Under the pieces are notes generated by a model that saw only the letters and a program-made list of their open reading frames with translations, made no database searches and was not told where the DNA came from. From the human T2T-CHM13v2.0 reference genome, Homo sapiens: a DNA stretch of 64,000 nucleotides. Of this stretch, positions 53,869 through 64,000 are shown piece after piece (within the stretch, counting starts at the first letter, position 1; every line of letters begins with the position of its first letter). A program made the translations under genes and the position numbers. The stretch lies in assembly GCF_009914755.1 (NCBI RefSeq), contig NC_060938.1. One strand, 5' to 3'.

Positions 53869-55427
53869 CATGAGAAATATCTTTCAAGTGGATTGGAACA
53901 TCTGTACTAGATTGCTTAGAGCCATCCTTTCCAAGCATTTTCCAATCAGGGCAAATCAGAGTACAATAGGGAAAAGGACGGGGAGGGAGCTTGTCCACCT
54001 GAGGCTAATGCCACAGGCCCTGACAGCCTGGAGAACTGGAGGAGCACCCATTCATCACACCCATGAATGCAGGGTCCCCCTTCTGAGCTAAGAAGCTCTA
54101 GTTTAGAGCACAGAATATGACAGTTGAAATCTCTTACTTGTTCAGCCATCTTTACTGTCTTCCTGGGGCAATCTAATGAATTAAAGGTGAGATTGATTAC
54201 CTTTAATAACTGAAGCTGGTGTGCTTGATCCAAAGGTTAGAGCAATCAGAAGACACAGGGTCTAATACCCTCTCTGCCACTCACAAAATAGCATTGGCAC
54301 ACCCTTGTCAAGTAACAGATTTCTTACTTACAAAAGGGATAAATAATGCTTCCCCTGGCTACCCCATGGAACCATTGTCAAGATAGCAACATATGCTACA
54401 GGTAAACACAATTCAAGATAAAGGTTTTATCTTAAATATTTATATAGATATTGAGACCTATATAAATATGGTAATGGATTGCAAACCTATACTCCTAGTT
54501 TGTGATACGATAGCATTCATCATAAATAGGTTGACTTTATAATTTATCTTTTAAACCAGGATGTAAATGAGAGGAATGAGGTGCTATTTAGAAATACAAC
54601 AGGCAATTGTCAAGACTTTTTCAGGCAAATCATTGCCCAAATTGTATTCAGTATTCTAGAAGATGCCAGAATTTGAAATGTTTCATCACGATTTTGGACT
54701 GTGCCGCATAGGAACTTTCTTTTTTTATATTTAGAGCATGTCTCACCTTTTGGAGGGAGCAATGCAAGACCTTTGTGTTGTGCTGCCCCTCTGCAGCTGA
54801 GGCATAGGCATAGGTCATTGACCATTCCAATCAGACATTCTTTGGGCAAACTAGGGACACACAGAAGCAGAGGCTGCTCCATATCCTTGCATACATTTGT
54901 GGTGGTAACTATAGTAACTACACTCAGTTTCCCCAGGCAGAAATGATGGTGGCTTTAGCAATAAGCCTTGATTGGTTAAATGGTTCAAATGGGAAAGTCC
55001 ATACACAAAGATGAGAAAACTCTGTCCTCCAGGAGCCAACTAGCGGCTTCATTTTCACATCATGTATCCTTCCTTGACTTCTAAGAATATGTCTCTGACT
55101 GTCCCCAAGGATCTGTGAACTATCCTATAGTAACCATTAATGAATTTATTTTCTGCTTAAATTAGCCAGAGTTGGTTTCTGTTGCATACAACTCTGATTT
55201 AGAAGCATCGTAATAAAAGAAAAGTAATTTAACAGATGAAGCGACCAAGGAACTGAAACGTACATAACTTGCTTACAGTCACATAGCTAGAAATTCAAGA
55301 CTAGAGACGAGGTCCACTGCTCCTGGTCTAGAGAGTTTCATACTTGACAGTCTACTCAGCACACTGAAAATACCCAATAGGTATTCATTTAATTTACTAT
55401 TTTGGGTGTGCATGCCAAAGCATGCTT

Positions 55428-56505
55428 ATGACAACAAAAGTCGAAATTGACAAATGGGATCTAGTTAAACTAAAGAGTTTTGCACAGCAAGAGACTATCA
55501 TCAGAGTGAACAGGCAACCTATAGAATGGGAGAAAATTTTTGCAATCTATTCGTCTGACAAAGGGCTGATATCCAGAATCTACAAGGAACTTAAACATAT
55601 TTACAAGAAAAAAAAACAAACAACCCCATCAAAAAGTGGGCAAAGGATATGAACAGACACTTCTCAAAAGAAGACATTTATGCAGCCAACAAACATGAAA
55701 AAAAGCTCATCATCACTGGTCATTAGAGAAATGCAAATCAAAACCACAATGAGATACCGTCTCACTCCAGTAAGAATGGCGATCATTAAAAAGTCAGGAA
55801 ACAACAGATGCTGGAGAGGATGTGGAAAAATAGGAATGCTTTAACACTGTTTGTGGGAGTGTAAATTAGTTCAACCATTATGGAATACAGTATGGCGATT
55901 CCTCAAGGATCTAGAACCAGAAATACCATTTGACCCAGCAATCCCATTACTGGGTATATACTCAAAGGATTATAAATCATTCTACTATGAAGACACATGC
56001 ACACGTATGTTTATTGCAGCACTATTCACAATAGCAAAGACTTGGTACCAACCCAAAAGCCCATCAGTGATAGACTGGATAAAGAAAATGTGGCACACAT
56101 ACACCATGGAAGACTATGCAGCCATAAAAAAGGATGAGTTCATGTCCTTTGCAGGGACGTGGGTGAAGCTGGAAAACATCATTCTCAGCAAACAAACACA
56201 GGAACAGAAAACCAAACCTACATGTTCTCACTCATAAGTGGGTATTGAACAATGAGAACACATGGACACAGGGAGGGGAACATCACACACTGGGGCCTCT
56301 CGGGGGGTGGAGGGCTAGGGGAGGGATAGCATTAGGAGAAATACATGATGTAGATGATAGGTTGATGGGTGCAGCAAACCACCATGGCACGTGTGTACCT
56401 AGGTAACGAACCTGCACATTCTGCACATGTATCCCAGAACTCAAAGTATAATAAAAAAAAAAGTAAAAAAAAAATAAAAAAATAAACAAACAAACAAACA
56501 AAAAA
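55428..56505 (+). mobile_element. L1PA6/7-like 3' fragment (about 1.1 kb)
   Basis: ORFs 55422-55652 (KIDKWDL.KLKSF..) and 55851-56237 (WECKLVQPLW..WRFLKDLE.EIPFDPAIPLLGIY) are L1 ORF2p; 3'UTR and A-rich tail present; frameshifted. Confidence 0.96.
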
Positions 56506-57949
56506 ACATACTTTATACAGAGCCACAGTTTTAAACTGATGATTGATGAAGGGTTTTTTTACATGATATATTGTAATCATTCAATTAGGAAAAGGTTTAA
56601 AGCTATGAATGAACAAAAACCGAGGAAACAGTTTTTATCGTCTTTGTCTTTCAGAAAAGATATATTTTGTCTTAGAAAATAACAGCTAAAAATTAAGCAC
56701 TGAGCTGAATAGATAATTGTATAGATGTTCAATGGGTAGGAGTCTATTTTCTGTGGAGGAATTTAGTCATCTCAGAAACACAACATTTTACGATAATGTG
56801 GTTTGATTGATAAAAGTTAACACGAACTTGGAACTTACATATTTAAAAAGAAACACTACTAGAATGGATATTATTTTCCATGTGTTCCTAAAAACACAGC
56901 ATTATTATGATGTTTTTAGATAATTTCTTAAAGGTGAATCAATTTTCTGTAACTAGGTCTTCCAAGACTGCTTATTATTCCAGAGGGATAGCTTTTATGT
57001 ACCATTTATTATTGTGTATAATACTGCATCTTCATTTCCTCTTCCTCGTTTACTTATTAGGCATCAAATATGCTAGCTACTTTACAAAGTATTGCCAAAA
57101 TAATTCTAACAGTCCATGGCAGTAAGTACATGGAAATGTATGCATTGGTGCTGCTCTCATTGTTTCACTGGGCTTAGCTTTGCTGAGTCCCCTCAAGATA
57201 TCTGAATTTCTCAACTTTTAAAACCAAGAAAGCAACTTTAATCCCAGAACATCTGCCCCAGCTGTATTTCCCATTTTGGCCCTGAACTCCAGGAAGTACT
57301 TGAATTCACAATGCTGCCAAAATATATAGTCACAAACTTGGGACTCAAGTTACCATGGAACAGCATCCATGGAAGTCTCCTTAGACTTTTGAAATCCTCC
57401 AGTATCAGCAAAAAGAACATATAGCCATTAAACAAATTAGCCTAAAATGTGTTTAGAGACTATGAAGTGGTTGACCCACATCTGGAAAAAGCGTCTAGTG
57501 AGGGGCAGGTAGGGAGGGAGAGCCTAGGAAAAGGGAAATATTAATGGAGTGGATCATAAAAAGGAGAGCATAGAAAAAATATCAAGCTAACATGGATGCA
57601 AAGTCATTAGTGGATATTGCTTTGTTCACAAAAATGGAGACCATGATCTTTGGCCAGAGAAGACTCATTCCAAGACACAAAATTGCTGCACGTGTATTAG
57701 CCTGGTTGCTACCCATTAAGCCAGTTCCCTCCCGCCTTCACAAAAAACTTTTCCTTTATACCAACACCTCTGCTTGTGTTACAGTGTAACAGCCAAGCTG
57801 AAATAGCCTTACCATGGCACAAGGATGCCTCTTCCCTGGTCTGTGTATTCTGGGTCCCCAAACTGACTGTTGCTAGTCAATTGGCTCCAACTGAGACAAT
57901 GTCAGCCATTGATTTATTGGGGTTTGCTAACCCAAGCAACACTGAGGGG

Positions 57950-58205
57950 AAGAAGCAGAGGGTAGTCAGTGAAACTGTGGATTTTAGAGTCAGATTTCCT
58001 GGGTTTGAATCTATGTTTCATCCCTTTTCTGCTTATTTACTATACCTGTCTGGGCCTCAGTTCCCTTATCTGCAGAATGGGGGTGGCAGTAGTAGTATCT
58101 CACAGGGTTATTTTCTATGTTAAATAAGTGAACGTACATTAAAGTGCTTAGAATACGACATGTTAGAGCATTTGCACTATGTAAATATTTGCTTACATTA
58201 CTATC
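57950..58205 (+). mobile_element. MIR, near full length
   Basis: TTTTAGAGTCAGATTTCCTGGGTTTGAATC..GCCTCAGTTCCCTTATCTGCAGAATGG..AAAGTGCTTAGAA. Confidence 0.8.
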
Positions 58206-58451
58206 ATCGGTGTGTCCCATGAAGTTTCAGCCTCTCCCATCTTCCCTTGAATGGTCACTTATTGGGCACTAGAAGTAATTCTCCACCTCAGTACCTTCAA
58301 TTGCTGCAAGTTTATGGTAAGTTAACTGTCCAAGCATCCATTCTGCTCATCAGACACTCCACAAAATGGCACTGACCTACTGCCCGGGAACAACTTCTTT
58401 TTCTCTCAGCCTTGTGCCGCCCAAGGGAATTGATTACAAATGGGCTTGATT

Positions 58452-58602
58452 GAATTTTGGAGGTTGATGGAAATGTTCTAAAGCTAGACAGTGGCAATGG
58501 TTGCACACTCTATAAATTTACTAAAAATTGTTGAATTGTGCACTTACAATCTGTGAATTTTATGGTATGTAAACTACACTTCAATAAAAATGTTTTAAAA
58601 AA
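58452..58602 (+). mobile_element. L1M (L1ME/L1MB-like) 3' end
   Basis: GATGGAAATGTTCTAAAGCTAGACAGTGGCAATGGTTGCAC..TGAATTGTGCACTT..CTTCAATAAAAATG. Confidence 0.85.
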
Positions 58603-58843
58603 GATAATGATTGTTTTACAATGTTCTTATTATATCCTTTAGGAGGCATAGAACTATAAACAGCCGCTACGGAAATAGAGTGGGAAGCAAGTACAACATT
58701 GTTCAATTTCTCTCTGGGGTTTTGGGTTTTTTTCTTTTTTCTTTCCTTCTTTTTTTTTTGGATGGCTCAATTATTTACTTTAGAAATAATAACACCATTC
58801 CTTGGCTACAAAGCCTCTAAGGCTTAAGAAACCAGGCAGTATT

Positions 58844-59156
<313 letters not shown>

Positions 59157-62100
59157 CTAGGATATTTCTGGATTGATAGCAACAAGAATGAAGAGGGTGC
59201 CTGGGAGCAGATTTGAGAAATCTGGAACCTGCCCTCATTTAGCTGAGCAGAAGAGCCAAGGAAAAAGCTATAGGTATGTCAAAAGAGCTAGAAAGGCTTG
59301 CTTTCTAATGACAAGACAGAATGGGGTCTTATGTAATCTGCTTTGAGGCTCATTCAAAGTTGATTTTAGCACAACCTTTATATTTGAATGGTGGAATTTA
59401 TTTTAAGCCAGATGGTGATAATCTATACACTATGAAAGAAAAAGAAAGAGGAAGAAATAGATAAGCAGGAGGAAATATAAGTTGTGTCACTTAACCAATG
59501 ACTAATCAGAGCAATAATAAGCTTCTGATTTCAACTGTGCTAAAAGCTTCACTTCAAACACCAATAACAAGGAAATATTTCAGCCAATTCCCTTTGTATT
59601 TGGCATTTCTATTTGCATTTTGACAAATTCTTGATATATTCAAAAGACAGTGAATTCTCTCCCCTGAAACTTGTGCTAGCAGGGTGGGTGGCTGCCTGTT
59701 CACACGAATGGGAAGCCCTGGCAGAAACTATGAGAGTTGAATTAAGACAATAACAGCAGTGTATCTCACTCTGTTTGGGCAGTAACTACAGAAATCCTTG
59801 GCAGATGTCATTTTGGTTTTGGAAATATGAAAAGACAGAGATTTAGAATTTATTTGGATGAACCAATGATTTCGTTCATGTTTTTACTCTCCATTTTAAG
59901 GCTTTATTTTATTTAAAAAATAAAATGCCAATCTATGTAACTCCCTGTAAGTTGCCTTACTAGTGACATCTAATCCAGAAATATGCTACTTCACATGCTC
60001 CAGGGTTGGTAATTTGTGTTTCCAAAGAGTTGAAAGTTGATCTGCACTGTCTGTGGGTCTTGGAGAGGGGGCAGAGTAAATCCAGGCTCTGCTCAAGAAG
60101 GGAGGGGATACAGGTGACCTTTCAGTAGAAGTGTGCAAGGCTGTTCAGATTAACAGTTTTGCTCTATGAAGAGCTCTAATAAAGCGGGTATGTCTTTCTT
60201 AGGAAAAGATTGGCCTCTTTTGACCTGCAAAAGTGAAGGTACCAAGATACCAGATTTACTCCAAGTTAATGTTTACCTGAATTATTGATTGCCACATGAG
60301 ATACAAAACAGCTGGCGACTCGGTGATGCTTTTTCTTTGGGTTACAAGAGAAGAGCTATAAATCCAAAGCTGAAAGGCTTTCTTTCATCTTTTCTACTTG
60401 TGAAATATACCTCTTCAATAGCACCAACCCCAGGTCATTTTAAATCAATTTCTAATAAATCTGTGGTGCTTTTTCTTTCTCTCATTGAAAGAAAGGTAGT
60501 ATTGTAGGAATTATTTTTGTTTCTGGCTTACCTTTATCTAAGCTGATTGGCTGTGACTTCCCTTATTTATTTCACAAATGATTGAGTATTAAATAGTTTA
60601 CTGGATGTTAAGATGCCTTGAGGTACAGGGATGTTAAACCACACAGTGAGTTAAAATATTTCAAAAGCTCCTTCAGATGTTAACAACCAAAATAAAAACC
60701 ACTGAATGGCCAAATAATGTAAATTTGGGTCATTGTATCTTTATTTCTTTATAACTCTTCTCACTACAAAATAGTTTAGAGATGGTATGCAATAAAAGGC
60801 TTATTCAATAAGACAAGTCTCATTAGAATAAGAACAGGAAATTAAATTCATAAATTAAAGAATAATGTAAATATTTCAGCTATTGAGGATAAAGGAAGTA
60901 ATATTATCAACCACCTGACTTTTGAATTTGAGCTTCCTGGCAGCTGGAGAAAAAAATAGATTGTACTAATTTTTACCTAATAAAAATTAATACAGCATTT
61001 GTTTAAAAGAAATGTTTTTGACTGTCATATTCTAAAACAGGGGCTCAACCTAAAGCACATAATTCCAATGCACACACAAATTAATGTATATTCAAAATAT
61101 GCATGTAAATAACCCACCAACTACTGACTACAAATGTCCTGGAACACACACCTTGTATTTAAAAAAATTGTTGGAAATAATTTTATTATATGGAATTATA
61201 AACAGAAGGCAGCGTTAACAACATAGGTTTATTACTAACGCTAGTTTTATAGGAAATACAAAAGTGAGTCTCATTCGGTTGTCTCAGGATCAATTGTTGA
61301 TAATGGCCAAGGCTATTATACTGAAGCACAAACAAGAGAATCAGGGGCATCACTAACATTGTCCCTATGTATGATTTTCTATTGATTTAATTTTATTCAA
61401 GGTAAAATTAGGATATTTACAAGACTAAGTAAGTAGAATAACCCCAAGATTATCTATAATAGATACAATTTCTGATGTCAGAGTGTTTTGTAACATACAG
61501 TCTAATTATATATGTTTCAATTACTACTTAAATAAGTATCCATAAACTTCAGGTAATCTTCCTGAAGGCAGAGATTTTGACTATTTTTTCTACTGTAAAA
61601 TCCCTGGTACCTAGCAAAGGATGTGGCCTATATTAGGCATTTAAAAGACATTTGTTGAATTAAATTTAACTAATTTTTTATTTAAAAACACCTTTTAACT
61701 TCTTAATCATCCACAGTACCAAAGAATAGAAAAATCATCTTAGACACAAAGCTGAACAGGATAACTTCTTGATGCGGCCACCAATGGGGTTAAGATGCAA
61801 AACGTACCCTCAGATAACTGATTAATTTTCTGAATAAAATAGTAAAAAAAAAAGCTTATCTTTTTAAAATGTGTTATTTTCAGAGTATAATAATTTTAAC
61901 TATGATTTTATTGATATTAAGCTGTTATTTCAGATATTTGTCAAATGTTCATGAAGGCATTCATGGTTTACAGTACCTCACCACTTTCTGAGATTCTTAT
62001 CTAGATACTAGATCCCACCTTTCTATTTACCATGGCTCAAGCAAGTATCATTTTATAAAAAGAAAATAGCATTCCATTGTGTTCAATGTTAGAAAATTAT

Positions 62101-62369
62101 GTTCAATGTAGGCTTTAAACTTAATAACTGCAAAACTTCCCTGAGTTATTCTCTAACTTTGATTATTACTATAGGATACAATTCCAGAAACTACAAAGCA
62201 TCTCATAGAGTAATATTTTCTATCTGTGTACCAATTCATCTCATTTGATCTCAACAACTATCCTATAAGAAGGTATTAATGGCCTCATTTTATAGACAAA
62301 AAATGACAGGCTCATAAATATTTTGATCAGAATATTAGTAGTAGACAGTGAAATAGAATGTTGGTTTCT

Positions 62370-63085
62370 TCCATTGGAATAAGCTAGATGATACAGTTTA
62401 GATATTTGTTCCCCCAATTTCATGTTGAAATGTAATCCCCAAAGTTGGAGGTCAGATCTGGTGGTAGGTGTTTGGTTCAGGGGTTGGGTCCCTCATGGCT
62501 TGGTGCTGTCCTCACAATAGTGAGTGAGTTATCCCCAACCCCACCTCTCCTGCTCCTGCCCTGGCTATGTGATGTGCCTGCGCCCACTCCATCATGACGG
62601 AAAACTCTCTGAGGTTTCCCCAGAAGCTGAGAAAATGCCAGAGCCATGCTTGCACAGCCTGCAGAACTGTGAGCCAATTAAGCCTCTTTATAAATTATCT
62701 CATCTCAAGTATTTCTTTATAGCAACGCAAGAATGGCCTAATACACTAGGCAAAGCTGTGGAAAAACCAATCCCAAATCCTAGTGGTTTGAATGAGCAAG
62801 GTTTACTTCTTCTTTATGTGGATTGACTGGGGTTCTGTCTAACATCATTGTCTTCTTCACATTGGCACCAAGACTAAAAGAGTAGCCACAACCTAGAAAA
62901 TTGCAGTGTGCTGTTGCAGGAAAGAGCTCTTTGAGGAACCTCCCATGGAAATTAGATGCTCTAGCCCAGAGAAGAAATACATCCTGTCCACTCCCAATCC
63001 ATTACGCAGGACTAGATAGACATGGAGCTCTACCAACCGCAATGTGACCAGGAAATATAAATCTACCATGTGCCCAAGAGAATAA
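62370..63085 (-). mobile_element. MLT1(J-like) LTR interrupted by MSTB
   Basis: ATCCCAAATCCTAGTGGTTTG..CAAGGTTTACTTCT..AGGACTAG..ACATGG..GGAAATATAAATCTACCATGTGCCC. Confidence 0.6.
62389..62745 (+). mobile_element. MSTB-like (MaLR) solo LTR
   Basis: TGATACAGTTTAGATATTTG..CATGTTGAAATGTAATCCCC..CAGCCTGCAGAACTGTGAGCCAATT..CCTAATACA; TSD CTAGA/CTAGG. Confidence 0.9.
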
Positions 63086-63499
63086 CACACTGGAATTCTA
63101 TTTCCCAGTCCTCTGTTCTTTTCAGAACCGCCTCTCAATTATTTTTATGGGATCTAAAGTAGCATCTAACCAGGGCAATTTAGAGGGGTCTTTAATAAAT
63201 GTGAGATGCACATTCTGGAAAAGACAGTGTGATAAAAGTAGGTAGAGGATAAGAGTGTGACCCCTAGAGTCAAACTAGGGCTTTCATGTGCAATTTTGTA
63301 TTTTGTGCACTGCACAAGGGCTTCAGACCTGAGTCAGACAACCTACCTTCTTCGCTCCCTAGCTGCGTTTATTTAACTTAGTTCAGAGGCTTGCTGGGAA
63401 GACTAAATGAGACAAGGCATGCCGGGTGTTTTTCACAGTTTATAGTAGGTACTTAATAAAATTAGTGGTTAATATTATTAAACACATTTGTTTTCACTT

Positions 63500-63705
63500 C
63501 TTCATCCCTATTAAATAAATAATTCTTTGAACTTTGTATCATTTCCTGAGGTTGGGCTGCTGGAAGTGGAATAACTAGACCAAAGTTAGTGAACCTTTTG
63601 AGATCTTGAGTTTTATTTGCTTTTAGGAATAGCCATACCAATGTACATTCCCGCCAACAGTGCATGAGATGACCCATCACACTATGTCCCCAACACCTTC
63701 TTTGG
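63500..63705 (-). mobile_element. L1M ORF2 fragment
   Basis: ORF 63462-63713 (GHLMHCWRECTLVW..VIPL) resembles L1 ORF2p C-terminus; TACATTCCCGCCAACAGTGCATGAG. Confidence 0.65.
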
Positions 63706-64000
63706 GATTTCAAGCACCTTCACTAGGTGCCAGCCTCCTGTGATTTTCCAAATCCCACCATTAGAGGCATTAAAGCTTCTATCTTCTGAGGACAAATATT
63801 TCATTTGAAGGGATACGATGTCAGTGTTCATATGCTCCCTAGTACATTGGAATAGAGGAGTTAACAAATCAGCTAATACACAGCTAATCACTGGGAATAC
63901 AACATAGACAGCCACATTGTTTGTGGTGGCATAGAGAACTGTAAACATTTCTAGGCAGAGGAAAGAGCACTGACACAGAAGGAATTAATTGAAGACTTTA

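Noticed and set aside
55422-56237. L1 ORF2p-like ORFs as a CDS
   Set aside because: 5'-truncated, frameshifted L1 fragment without a promoter or EN/RT core.
56292-56325. G4 motif
   Set aside because: Standard G-rich tract of the L1PA 3'UTR; already well known.

Overview
This is AT-rich primate genomic DNA, most likely human or another hominoid, judged from its AluY/AluS, L1PA, THE1 and MADE1 content. It is intronic or intergenic in character. I found no recognisable protein-coding exon, processed pseudogene, RNA gene or CpG island, and I could not identify the locus. The ORF track is explained by Alu, L1, LTR and low-complexity translations or by chance ORFs. The window is a fossil record of transposons: 14 Alus, several L1 3' fragments, L2/MIR remnants, LTRs (THE1B, THE1D, MSTB, MLT1, MER21A, LTR16, LTR78) and DNA transposons (MER3, MER102, MER58B, MER2, MADE1). 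These are interleaved with repeat-poor stretches that may be regulatory. The features not explained by repeat annotation are: (1) three short same-strand paired duplications 1.9-3.9 kb apart that look like templated break-repair patches, the clearest being a 119-bp patch joining a broken MIR to a broken L1; (2) an enhancer-like, CpG-retaining, motif-rich block at about 49.0-50.1 kb; (3) an internally expanded MADE1 hairpin of the miR-548 source family; (4) an AluY inserted into the target-site duplication (TSD) of an older L1; (5) a collapsed Alu with a (GGAA)16 tail. I see no evidence for a new coding system. Family names come from my recollection of consensus sequences and boundaries are approximate unless a TSD is quoted.
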